Under the pieces are notes generated by a model that saw nothing but the letters and a program-made list of their open reading frames with translations, ran no database searches and was not told the DNA's origin. From Candidatus Omnitrophota bacterium (GTDB lineage Bacteria > Omnitrophota > Gorgyraeia > Zapsychrales > Fredricksoniimonadaceae), in contig CAIVRE010000002.1 in NCBI GenBank assembly GCA_903908245.1, positions 90,761-154,760 on the forward strand: a stretch of DNA of 64,000 nt. The letters run 5' to 3'. Position 1 is the stretch's first letter. Each line of letters starts with the position of its first letter. A program made the translations under genes and the position numbers. This document shows positions 32,303-41,679 of this stretch, in pieces.

Positions 32303-33720
32303 TAATAAGCTCCTTTTCCTTTAAGCACGACAGGGAGCGTTTCCAGCAGGATGCTGACATCCAGCCAGAACGACCAATTATTAATATACCAGGTATCCCA
32401 CTTGATCAAACGATGGAAGGGAAGGTCGCTTCGGCCGCGCACCTGCCACAAACCCGTGATACCCGGGCGAACCTCCAGGCGTTTTAACTGTTTCGGATCT
32501 TCCTGCTCCACCTGGTCGAGCGGCAACGGCCGCGGGCCGACCAGGCTCATATCCCCCATCAGAACATTAAAAATTTGAGGAAGCTCGTCGAGGCTGTATT
32601 TTCTTAAAAATTTCCCGACCCCGGTCACGCGAGGGTCCTGGCGGATCTTGAAAATGGGCCCGTCCACCTCATTCTTCGCCTTAAGGTCACCCAGCATCGC
32701 GTCCGCATCCGCCACCATACTGCGGAATTTCCACATCTTGAACACCCGCCCGCTCCGTCCGTAACGGCTGGAAAAATAAAATATCGGGCCCTTGCTGTCG
32801 CATTTGATCAAAAGGCCGATCAACACAAAAACCGGCATCAGAAATACCAGTGCCAACCCGGATACGGCACAATCGAACAGGCGCTTGCCGTATTGCATAC
32901 GGTTATGGCCCAATTCAAAATACTCCAGGACCGGGATATAACCGATATTGAATTTGAAGATATCCCCGACCGCCTGGTCGAAGGCCACCGGGATCACACG
33001 CACCGCGACCCGCAGGTCCTTGGCGGTCTCGATCATGTCGTAGAAGACATTCCCCGGCGGGTGGATCGTAAAAAAAACCTTTTGCACAAAATTCTTCCGG
33101 ATGACCTCTTCCAGATTGGAAAGCTTTCCCAGCACTTTGTGGTCAGGCCCAAGCTCGGTCGTTGTCTTCACGTCATCAAGAAACCCGACCACCTTCAACC
33201 CCAAGCCTGGATGGCGCTTGATCTCCTGGTCGAGCATCATACCCGTCCGCCCGGCGCCAATGATCAGTACATTAAAATTGTTATAACCATTCGATGCCAG
33301 GAATTCGACAAAAAGCCTTTTGAGGAACCGCCACAGGCAGAACAACACAGTGGTAAAAACAACGATCAGCAGGAAAACCGACCGGGGGAACCCCACGATC
33401 TTCATGCTGTAAACGAATATCAGGACCGTGCCCGTCGCGAAAAGGATCGATCGGATCACCTGCCCGATCTCGTGCACCTCGATCACTTCCCGGCGGGTCT
33501 GATATAAATGATGAACGGCGTTAAAGAACAGGACCGTCACAAACCAGATCACAAAGACCAGATGGAACGGATTGCTCGCATCGAAGAACAATTCCTGCAG
33601 GGTCATCGGAAAAGCAGCTTGCCTGAGCCAGGAAGCAAGAAAAATGCTCAGAAAGATACACCCGATGTCAATGGAGACATAAGACAAACGAATAATGAAA
33701 GCCAGGGCTCTGCTAATCAT
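32302..33720 (-). CDS. Undecaprenyl-phosphate glycosylphosphotransferase (WcaJ/WbaP-like initiating transferase)
   Basis: Four TM helices, CoA-binding-like middle domain, [34 protein letters not shown]. Confidence 0.93.
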
Positions 33721-34463
33721 TTTTTACGCGTGAGATCCATTATTAACCAATAAATAAAGAGAGTATTCCCGACCAAATACCGCTTCCAAAGCCGCCGCGG
33801 CTCACAACACAACCGGAACAGCCATTCCAGTCCGCCCGCCTGCATCCAGCGCGGCGCCTGAGGCTTGACACCCGCGTGAAAATCAAATGCCGCGCCAATA
33901 CCGATCATGACCGGAACATCCAGCGCCACACGGTTGAACGACATCCAGAAGTCCTGCTTTGGCGCGCCCAAACCCACCCAAAGGATATCAGGTTTGGCGG
34001 CATTGATCTCCCGGATCACATCCGCCGCAAGCGCTTCAGCCCTGTCTATATAAGCCGGCGATATCTTCCCAACTACTACAACCCCGGGGAATTTTGCCTT
34101 TAAATTGTGTTCCAATCTATCACAAACAGGCCCTGTTGCGCCATAAAAAAAATGACGAAATCCTTGCGGCCGGCCCTGGTCACACACTTGAAGCATCAGG
34201 TCGGGACCATACGTACGCCGCACATCCTTATTTCCTTTTAAACGGCCGAGCCAGGCCACAGGAGCGCCGTCGGGCGTGACCATCGCCGCCGCGTTGACCA
34301 CAGCCCTGTACTTCGGGTCGCGCCGGGCATCCACGATCGTTGACACCGGGGCCACACAAACATAGCCCTTACAACGAGATACGACCATGTCACGGATAGC
34401 GGCAAAGGCCGTATCCAGGTTCACCGCCGAAACGTGAACATCCAGGACATCATAACTAAACAT
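33717..34463 (-). CDS. WecG/TagA/CpsF family glycosyltransferase
   Basis: TPDGAP, GPDLM, WVGLGAPKQD, GAAFDF, APRWMQ...LEWLFRL...EPRRLWKRY. Confidence 0.93.
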   Translation of the reverse strand: MFSYDVLDVHVSAVNLDTAFAAIRDMVVSRCKGYVCVAPVSTIVDARRDPKYRAVVNAAAMVTPDGAPVAWLGRLKGNKDVRRTYGPDLMLQVCDQGRPQGFRHFFYGATGPVCDRLEHNLKAKFPGVVVVGKISPAYIDRAEALAADVIREINAAKPDILWVGLGAPKQDFWMSFNRVALDVPVMIGIGAAFDFHAGVKPQAPRWMQAGGLEWLFRLCCEPRRLWKRYLVGNTLFIYWLIMDLTRKK

Positions 34464-34486
34464 ATCTTTATCACCACTAATAAGTA

Positions 34487-36028
34487 TTAATGCTCGCGGC
34501 CTATCACAAAAGTATTCGACGCGCTCCTGACATCCACCAGAAATGGCGCGAATGCAACATCAGGCGCAGCCACTTCAACGATCTCCCCGGCCCGGACGGT
34601 CCTGGCCCTTTCCAATAACGCTCTGTCCTCGGCCCTTAAGACACCATACGCCGATCGACCAAAGTCTGGCCGATGCGCACGGACAACAGACGCCGCGGTC
34701 ATCGACAAGGCCAACAAGATACATCCCAGGAAAATGCGCGAAGGCTTGCCCAGCTCAACAGCCACAAAAATAAACATCCCGACCAAAGGGATCAACAGGA
34801 AACGGCTCTGCTGTGACCCGAAAAACCATAAAGCCCAATATACCACAACAAAAACCGCCAGGACAGGCATCTTTCGGTCCTTGAGCCTCTGCCAGGATAT
34901 CAACAGGAATGGAAATAGAGAAATCAGAAATATCAAACCTAGTGGATAATCAAAAGAATTATTCACGCCTTTTTCAGGAACAGCAATAAGCCAGAAATGT
35001 CCCATGAACGCGAGCAAAGAACGGCCATGGCCATAACCGTCCTTGATCTCTTTCCAGATACAGGAAACCTGATCCACCGAAGAAAGCCTCTCGCGATGGC
35101 CCGGCGCGCAATCATCCCGGCTTAAAACAACCCTGGTCACCGGATAAAGCGGCGTTCCCGCGACCAAAATTGATTTGGCCATGAACGGGCCGGCGACAAG
35201 AATACTGGCCAACAAAAAATAAAACGCACCCTTCTTCCAGGGATAACTGGGAAAAACAACACTCCCCCGCGCTATACGAAAAACAAGATAGGACACGATC
35301 ATCCCGATCAAGACCATCACCATCAACGCCGGCATCAACGGCTTCGACCAGAGAAAGAACGCAAACTCAACAGCCGCCAACCTTATGTTACCCGACAAAA
35401 AACTATCAACAGCCGCGAAGAACAAATAACAAAGCGCTATATCCAGCATCCCGGTCCCGACCTGAATACCAAAAGAATGAAGGCCAAACACAGCCGTCAC
35501 CGCAACGACCGATGCCGCCATCCGCCCGTTGGACCAGCGCGCCGTCAAACAAGCGGCCACGGCGGCTACTCCCAACATAAAACAAAATTGTGGCCATTTA
35601 TTAGGTAATTCCGTTGCCAGCCAGAAAGGCGCAAGGGCAAAATCAATGGGCAACAGGAAGAGATCTGCCGATGACCATGGCAAATGCGCAAAAGATCCGG
35701 CGATCAAGTGCTGACGGGGCAACGTAATATGGTAATTAATAACATCGAATTCCTGGGGCAGGTGCGGCGGAAGCAAAGACGCGGCGAATGCAACACAAAC
35801 AATAACGCCCACAAGCCCGGCCGCCGCGAATAAAAACCATTTGGGCAAGTCCAGTGCGCGGACCACGATCTTTTCACGACAGACAACCGCCAGGGCCGCT
35901 ATCGCGAACAAGACCGTCGCGATCCAGGAAGTATGCCCTGTAGAATGAGGCCAGGCATAAAGCTCCAGCCAGTAGATCGGATAACCTATTAAAAGAAGCA
36001 ATGTTGGAAGATGGGCGAGCGGTATCAT
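34487..36028 (-). CDS. Polytopic membrane protein, putative GT-C glycosyltransferase
   Basis: FDVINYHITLP, GTPLYP, QQSRFL motifs; more than 10 TM helices. Confidence 0.6.
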   Translation of the reverse strand: MIPLAHLPTLLLLIGYPIYWLELYAWPHSTGHTSWIATVLFAIAALAVVCREKIVVRALDLPKWFLFAAAGLVGVIVCVAFAASLLPPHLPQEFDVINYHITLPRQHLIAGSFAHLPWSSADLFLLPIDFALAPFWLATELPNKWPQFCFMLGVAAVAACLTARWSNGRMAASVVAVTAVFGLHSFGIQVGTGMLDIALCYLFFAAVDSFLSGNIRLAAVEFAFFLWSKPLMPALMVMVLIGMIVSYLVFRIARGSVVFPSYPWKKGAFYFLLASILVAGPFMAKSILVAGTPLYPVTRVVLSRDDCAPGHRERLSSVDQVSCIWKEIKDGYGHGRSLLAFMGHFWLIAVPEKGVNNSFDYPLGLIFLISLFPFLLISWQRLKDRKMPVLAVFVVVYWALWFFGSQQSRFLLIPLVGMFIFVAVELGKPSRIFLGCILLALSMTAASVVRAHRPDFGRSAYGVLRAEDRALLERARTVRAGEIVEVAAPDVAFAPFLVDVRSASNTFVIGREH

Positions 36029-36105
36029 CGCGCGATAAAAACAACCGCCCGCCAGGCAAGATAAACAACCGTAATAATAATGCAGTAAATATCAACCGCT
36101 CTCAT
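36025..36105 (-). CDS. Unannotated 26-aa single-TM small protein
   Basis: MRAVDIYCIIITVVYLAWRAVVFIAR*. Its ATG overlaps the upstream TGA and its TGA overlaps the downstream ATG (ATGA at both ends). Confidence 0.6.
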   Translation of the reverse strand: MRAVDIYCIIITVVYLAWRAVVFIAR

Positions 36106-37262
36106 GAAAGAATATCTCCACCCCACAACTGCTGACAAAAGTCTTGCCATGGCATGATCATAATATCCCCCACCCGGCGCATGGCGCGTTCATTACAAAC
36201 AAGGATCGCTTTCCTGGGTTTATACTGATCAACAAAAGATCGTAATCCCCGCATATCCGCGCTATCAACCCTTGAGACACCTTTAACCTCCACCGCCACT
36301 TCTCCGCCGGCCAGAACAAAGTCAACCTCATGCCCCGACTTGGTCCGCCAATAATTGATCTCAAAATCCTTACGGTCATATTCACGGAACGCGGCCAATT
36401 CCATAAAAATAAAATGTTCAAACGCTTTCCCGAAAACATCCCCTTTTAGGTCATGGATCTTCCGTTTAAGCACAGCACCCGCCACCCCGACATCAAAAAG
36501 ATAAAATTTCTCCGCCCGGGTAATAACGCCCCTGTCCTGGGATCGTTTAAAGGGAGCCACCAAACGCCCCAGAAGGGTATCCACCAGGATCTGATAATAT
36601 TCCCTGACCGTTTTCGCCTCCACACCGCAATCACGCGCGATATTCGCGAAATTCAACATTTCACCATGGGAATAACTCATGGCATCAAAGAATCTTGAGA
36701 ACGCGGGAATGTTGCGCACCAACCCCTCGCTCGCAACCTCTTCTTTCAGGTAATCCTGCACATAAGCCGTCAAAGACCGTTGCGCGTCATCCTGCAAATA
36801 GTGGGAAGGGATCAATCCGTTATTCAATGCTTTTAACAAGTTGAAGCGCGGCAATTCCGCGGAAACAAACGGGAGCATTTCATATCGCCACGCCCTGCCG
36901 CCCAAAAGATTGGCGTGCCCGCGCCTCAACTTGCGGGCGCTTGAACCGCAGAGAATGAACCGCAGCCCTTTCTCTTCGATCAAATAATGGACCTCATCCA
37001 TCACTGCCGGGATCTTCTGAACTTCATCAAGGATAACAGGATGGGAAAGCTGTACAGGCGTCAACCCCAGGATCCGGTGCCGCAGGACAGAAGGGCTTTT
37101 ACTCACATCAAAAAAAAGGTCTGTATCAAGAAAATTAAATGAAACACTATCAGGGAAATTCTTACGTAAGAATGTCGTCTTCCCCGTCTTGCGCGGGCCC
37201 CATAAAAAAGCTGACTGCCGGGAAGGAAGCTTTATTCTCAATCGACGGATCATGTTTTCCAT
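36102..37262 (-). CDS. AAA ATPase with C-terminal DUF4143/PD-(D/E)xK-type domain (copy 1)
   Basis: GPRKTGKT, ILDEVQK, CGSS, KFYLFDVG, YWRT...EVDFVL...VEVK. Confidence 0.9.
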   Translation of the reverse strand: MENMIRRLRIKLPSRQSAFLWGPRKTGKTTFLRKNFPDSVSFNFLDTDLFFDVSKSPSVLRHRILGLTPVQLSHPVILDEVQKIPAVMDEVHYLIEEKGLRFILCGSSARKLRRGHANLLGGRAWRYEMLPFVSAELPRFNLLKALNNGLIPSHYLQDDAQRSLTAYVQDYLKEEVASEGLVRNIPAFSRFFDAMSYSHGEMLNFANIARDCGVEAKTVREYYQILVDTLLGRLVAPFKRSQDRGVITRAEKFYLFDVGVAGAVLKRKIHDLKGDVFGKAFEHFIFMELAAFREYDRKDFEINYWRTKSGHEVDFVLAGGEVAVEVKGVSRVDSADMRGLRSFVDQYKPRKAILVCNERAMRRVGDIMIMPWQDFCQQLWGGDILS

Positions 37263-37298
37263 ACAGGAACAAACTCCCTTGGGGTTCTACCAATCGGG

Positions 37299-37327
37299 AA
37301 TATACTACATATAAGTTATACTTGCAA
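37299..37327 (-). promoter_or_regulatory. Candidate promoter of AAA gene copy 1
   Basis: Minus strand TTGCAA-17-TATATT. Confidence 0.5.
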
Positions 37328-37336
37328 GGCCTTTCT

Positions 37337-38377
37337 TCATCGAAATAATTTCTTATTCTGTTCGATCCACTCCACGATCCGGGTAACGCCCTCCCGTGGA
37401 ACGACCGTCGGTTTCCATTGAAGCGATCGTTTGACTTTGGCAATATCGGAAATATAAACCTTCTGGTCGAACTTGCGCCAGTCATCAAACCCGACCTTGA
37501 CCGAACGACCCGTAATATCCTCGAGCAACCCGATGAGTTCCAAAAGCGAAAGCGTGTTGTCCGGCCCGCCGCCAATATTTAAAACAACCGAAGGGTCTTT
37601 GGACAGAATAAATTTATCGAACGCATTGACCAGGTCCCCCACCCACAGCACATCGCGCACCTGCTTACCGTCCCCGTAGATCGTGAGCGGCTTGCCCTGG
37701 ATAAACCGGATCGCGAACCAGGCGATCCAGCCCTGGTCCTCAAACCCGAACTGCCGCGTGCCATAAGTGCAGCTCATGCGAAAAACCCCGGTGCGCAAGC
37801 CGAACGACTGCGCCGCGTCCTGGACATAAAGGTCGCCCGTCAACTTGGAAACGCCATAAGGCGTATGCCCGCAATGATCAATGGAACAGGTTTCCGGCAC
37901 GCCCTTGATCGTACGAAAGACATACCGGGTCTTTTTCTCAAGGATCGGATAACGATTCACGTTATCCCCATAAACTTTATTGGTCGAACAATACACCAGC
38001 GCGGCCTTGGGGTTGGCCTGACGCAAAGCCTCAACAACATTCAACGATCCAACAGCATTGATGGAAGCATCCTCGCAGGGATCCGCCAGAGAGAACCCCA
38101 CCCCCGGCTGGCCCGCGGCATGAACTACGGCATCGGGCTTGAATTTTTTAAACGTCGCTTCCAGGATTTTACGATCGCGGATATCCGCCTTGACCAACTG
38201 GATATTCCTGAACTGTTTTAAAAAATTCCAGTTGTACTCAACAGACTTCTTGTCGACGCCAAATATCTTCGAACGCATCAGGTTGTCGTAGACCAGGACC
38301 TCACAGCCCTTGTTGGCAAAATGTTCCGCCGCATGCGAGCCCACCATCCCCGCGCCGCCTGTGATCAGTATCTTCAT
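37337..38377 (-). CDS. NAD-dependent sugar epimerase, CDP-paratose/tyvelose 2-epimerase-like
   Basis: TGGAGMVG, STNKVYG, PYGVSK, FRMSCTYG.RQFG.EDQGW, GDGKQVRD. Confidence 0.85.
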   Translation of the reverse strand: MKILITGGAGMVGSHAAEHFANKGCEVLVYDNLMRSKIFGVDKKSVEYNWNFLKQFRNIQLVKADIRDRKILEATFKKFKPDAVVHAAGQPGVGFSLADPCEDASINAVGSLNVVEALRQANPKAALVYCSTNKVYGDNVNRYPILEKKTRYVFRTIKGVPETCSIDHCGHTPYGVSKLTGDLYVQDAAQSFGLRTGVFRMSCTYGTRQFGFEDQGWIAWFAIRFIQGKPLTIYGDGKQVRDVLWVGDLVNAFDKFILSKDPSVVLNIGGGPDNTLSLLELIGLLEDITGRSVKVGFDDWRKFDQKVYISDIAKVKRSLQWKPTVVPREGVTRIVEWIEQNKKLFR

Positions 38378-38426
38378 TTGTCTCTCCTGAATCGTTTGGA
38401 AAAACCCGGATCCTTAACTCAACGAT

Positions 38427-39737
38427 CTATTCCGCCAAAACATACTCCTGGAACTTCCACAACAAATAGAGCGGGATATTCCTCAACCTCTCACCGGAAA
38501 GATTGTCCAGGGATGTTGTCACCGCGATCTCCGGCGAATATCTCTTCCTGTACTCCGCAAGGCTGCGGGATCTGTTATTACGCCCGGATTTCACTTCAAC
38601 AGGCACAATCCCTGACCCGATCTGTACTATAAAATCAAGCTCTGCCAAATTATTAGACTTCCAATAAAACGGCATAGAAATACCGGAATTCAACAACTCC
38701 GTCAATACAAAGTTCTCCGCCAAAGCCCCTTTAAACTCTTTGTACACCTCCGGTCCTTGATAGATCGTCTCGGCAGGCAATTGGGCCATTTTTCTCAATA
38801 AGCCAACATCCGCCGCATACAATTTAAAGTAATTACGATCGGCATACGCGCAAAGAGGCATAAACGGTTTCTCTATCCTGGCAACTTTATGAACCATACC
38901 GGCCGCGATCAGCCATTCAAGGGCATCTTCAAGCTCTTTCGCCCTTGCCCCCGGCCTGACATGGCTAAAAATAAATTTGCCATTCTCCCTGGCAAGCTGG
39001 CTGGGAATGGACTTCCAGATCAGATTCAACCTTGGAATATCCGCTACAGGCGCGTGCTTGGCAAAATCCAGTTCGTAAGAATCCAATATCTGCTGCTGAA
39101 CCATTTCGACAGCAGAAACATCTTTTGTTTCTACCCATTTAGCAACAGCTTCCGGCATACCACCCGTAATATAATAATTTCTCAAGAGATCAACCAGTCT
39201 CCCGGTAAACAATTCAGGGATCGGCTCCGACTTCTTCAAGCCAGACAAGAAATCAAGGATATCTTTTCCCTGTTCCGCCAAAACAAATTCATAGAAACCC
39301 ATCGGGCGCAATGTCAGAAAATCAACCTTGCCGACAGGAAAAGAAAATGGCTTTGCTACGGCGATCCCGATCAATGATCCAGCGCAAACCACATGATACT
39401 CAGGCGCTTTCTCACAGAAATACTTCAAAGAGGTTAAAGCAAGGCCGCAAAATTGTATCTCATCAAAAATGATCAACGTTGCTTCAGGCCTAATGGCTTT
39501 TCCGCGAAACACGCCCAACTCTGTAACTATTCGCCGAGGATCAAGGTCCCGCTCAAAACATTTCTGTAAATGTTCATTACCTTCAAAATTAAAATAAGCG
39601 ACATCATCATAAGCTCGCCTTCCAAATTCTTTAAGAAGATAAGTCTTCCCGGACTGCCGCAACCCCTTTACTAATAGTGGCTTGCGAACCTTTGAATCTT
39701 TCCAGTTATAAAGGTCTTTTATCGCTGATCTATCCAT
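38427..39737 (-). CDS. AAA ATPase with C-terminal DUF4143/PD-(D/E)xK-type domain (copy 2)
   Basis: GLRQSGKT, IFDEIQ, AGSL, GGMPEAV, FKLYAADVGL, ELDFIV...PVEVKSG. Confidence 0.9.
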   Translation of the reverse strand: MDRSAIKDLYNWKDSKVRKPLLVKGLRQSGKTYLLKEFGRRAYDDVAYFNFEGNEHLQKCFERDLDPRRIVTELGVFRGKAIRPEATLIIFDEIQFCGLALTSLKYFCEKAPEYHVVCAGSLIGIAVAKPFSFPVGKVDFLTLRPMGFYEFVLAEQGKDILDFLSGLKKSEPIPELFTGRLVDLLRNYYITGGMPEAVAKWVETKDVSAVEMVQQQILDSYELDFAKHAPVADIPRLNLIWKSIPSQLARENGKFIFSHVRPGARAKELEDALEWLIAAGMVHKVARIEKPFMPLCAYADRNYFKLYAADVGLLRKMAQLPAETIYQGPEVYKEFKGALAENFVLTELLNSGISMPFYWKSNNLAELDFIVQIGSGIVPVEVKSGRNNRSRSLAEYRKRYSPEIAVTTSLDNLSGERLRNIPLYLLWKFQEYVLAE

Positions 39738-39744
39738 ACGGTCA

Positions 39745-39794
39745 AATATACCATAATTGGCATATAAAATGCAATAATATCTGCATTATTGGCA
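39745..39794 (-). promoter_or_regulatory. Promoter of AAA copy 2 overlaid by ~11-bp tandem repeats, possibly leaderless
   Basis: Minus strand TTGCAT-18-TATATT with TG extension, only 7 nt before ATG 39737; four ATAWWWTGCA-like units at 39753-39794. Confidence 0.55.
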
Positions 39795-39795
39795 C

Positions 39796-40569
39796 TTAAT
39801 CGCGCTTGTTGCTCGACATAAATAAAGTCCGATGCTTGGCAATGATGCGTTTCAAATAATTGATGAGCGTGAAATACTCATTGATCGTCCGCAGGACATT
39901 GATCTTGCTCGCTCCCTTTTTCTTGCCGTAATTATACACAAAAGGGACCTCGATGATCTTGTCCGTCAAAAGGGACAGCTTGACCAGAAGCTCCGCGTTG
40001 GCCACAAACCCTTTGGATTGTATCAACCCGAACGGCCCGAAATATTCCGACGCTTTCTTGAGCACGCCCGCCCGATAGGCCCTGAAGAAAATCGTGTAAT
40101 CTTCCACGGAAGCAACAGGGAAAAATGCCCGCATCAGGCGGTTGGCGCAATGACTAAAGACCACTCTTGGTAATGGAAAATTGACATATTTCCCGCCCGG
40201 AAGATACCGCGAAGCAACCACAATATCCGCCTCGCCACTGGTAATGCGCCCGGCCATGGGCAAGACCAGGTCCTGCTCGCTCGTCTGGTCGCTTTCCATA
40301 ATAACGACCACATCATCATCGGCAGCGCCTTTAAGCGCCTCATGAATACCCGCGGAAAATACCGCGCCGACATTCATATTGATGACCGAACCCGAGATCA
40401 CAAGGTCATTGCCCTGTTCTTTTTTAAGGAATTCCAGGGAACCGTCGGTAGAACCGTCATTGACCGCGACCATCCGGTACGGCTTGCCCGCCATCATCCG
40501 GCGGATACCCGCGATAAGCCCGGGCAAATTGTCTTTTTCGTTATAAACAGGAAATATGAAATGGATCAT
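39796..40569 (-). CDS. GT2 glycosyltransferase, polyprenol-phosphate sugar synthase-like
   Basis: MIHFIFPVYNE, VNDGSTDG, DIVVASRY, FRAYR, EVPF. Start ATG 40569 overlaps the upstream stop. Confidence 0.85.
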   Translation of the reverse strand: MIHFIFPVYNEKDNLPGLIAGIRRMMAGKPYRMVAVNDGSTDGSLEFLKKEQGNDLVISGSVINMNVGAVFSAGIHEALKGAADDDVVVIMESDQTSEQDLVLPMAGRITSGEADIVVASRYLPGGKYVNFPLPRVVFSHCANRLMRAFFPVASVEDYTIFFRAYRAGVLKKASEYFGPFGLIQSKGFVANAELLVKLSLLTDKIIEVPFVYNYGKKKGASKINVLRTINEYFTLINYLKRIIAKHRTLFMSSNKRD

Positions 40570-41651
40570 GCTTTTTTGTACCCTTTCCATGACAACAACG
40601 AATCCCACAGCCATCCCAACAGGAACGCCGCAAGCGGCATGACCCAGGTGATCTGGCGCAGGAGAAACCAATATTGTTTAAAAAGTGTCGTAAGCAACAC
40701 AAACTGAAGACCAAGGACGACAACCAGAAGCAGGAACCCGGCCTGCTTGCGCCGCTGATCATTCCACGGCACGAACAAAGCCAGCAACCCAATGGCTGTC
40801 CATTTCAACTTGGAGAATCCGATCATGTTACCGAAGATCGCCTTCAAGAACCCGCCCATATCCGCCAACGGATTAGGCAGGTATTCAAACACAGGCCGCG
40901 TTTGCTCGAACGCGGATCGCTCAAAACCAAATATCCCGAGGTTAGGCGCGGCATACCAAAGCCACATCCCGGCCAGACAACTAAAAATAAGCAGAAGATA
41001 GATCAAGAACGCCCCGGATACCGGCTCGGATCTGAGATCATTACGCCGGGAAAGGAACTGAAAGATCAACAGAAGCGTCAGAATAACAAAACTGTAAATA
41101 TGGAAACTGACAAAATAAACAAGGAACAACGCGATCAAGCCCTTGGACCAAACATTCATCCGCCGAAACCCGGTGAACAACAGGTCCAGACACAGAAACC
41201 CGCCCAAAGCCAGGATCGGCAGAACGCCGTAAGGCCGAAATTCAAACGCATGATAGACCAGGCTCTGATTCATGGCCACAACGGCAAATGTCACAACAAA
41301 CGCGAACGCTGTCCGAAAATACCGGCGGCACAGAAAATACAAGATCACAAAGCCAATGATCGCGACCAGGATATGGGGGATCATAATGCCCCACTTATTA
41401 TTCCCGAACAAGGTTACGAACGGCCAGGAGATCAGATAATCGCCGGGGAAACAGGAGAAATCGCCATAAGCATTATGCGACCAGAAATGCTTGAACGGCC
41501 CCTGGATCAAACCTAACTGATAGATCTCGTCGCCCCAAAGTTCACGCCCCGCCAGTGAAGCAAAACGCTGCTGAAGCCCCAAGAGAGACACTAACCCGCA
41601 GATCAGCGGAATACGCCAGGCGTAACATTTTGAAAAGATCCTGCCTATCAT
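40566..41651 (-). CDS. Membrane GT-C (PMT/ArnT-like) glycosyltransferase
   Basis: ELWGDEIY acidic motif after TM1, EFRPY, multi-TM. Confidence 0.7.
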   Translation of the reverse strand: MIGRIFSKCYAWRIPLICGLVSLLGLQQRFASLAGRELWGDEIYQLGLIQGPFKHFWSHNAYGDFSCFPGDYLISWPFVTLFGNNKWGIMIPHILVAIIGFVILYFLCRRYFRTAFAFVVTFAVVAMNQSLVYHAFEFRPYGVLPILALGGFLCLDLLFTGFRRMNVWSKGLIALFLVYFVSFHIYSFVILTLLLIFQFLSRRNDLRSEPVSGAFLIYLLLIFSCLAGMWLWYAAPNLGIFGFERSAFEQTRPVFEYLPNPLADMGGFLKAIFGNMIGFSKLKWTAIGLLALFVPWNDQRRKQAGFLLLVVVLGLQFVLLTTLFKQYWFLLRQITWVMPLAAFLLGWLWDSLLSWKGYKKA

Positions 41652-41679
41652 CCCTCGTCCTTATCACTTCCCGAACCGA

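Noticed and set aside
35874-36095. 73-aa ORF as a gene or frameshifted N-terminus of the 513-aa protein
   Set aside because: TTG start without RBS and heavy overlap with the next gene; the 26-aa ATGA-coupled frame explains the gap better.
40570-40671. N-terminal extension of the GT2 ORF given in the ORF track
   Set aside because: Lies inside the upstream gene; the GT2 motif begins at ATG 40569, which overlaps the upstream stop.
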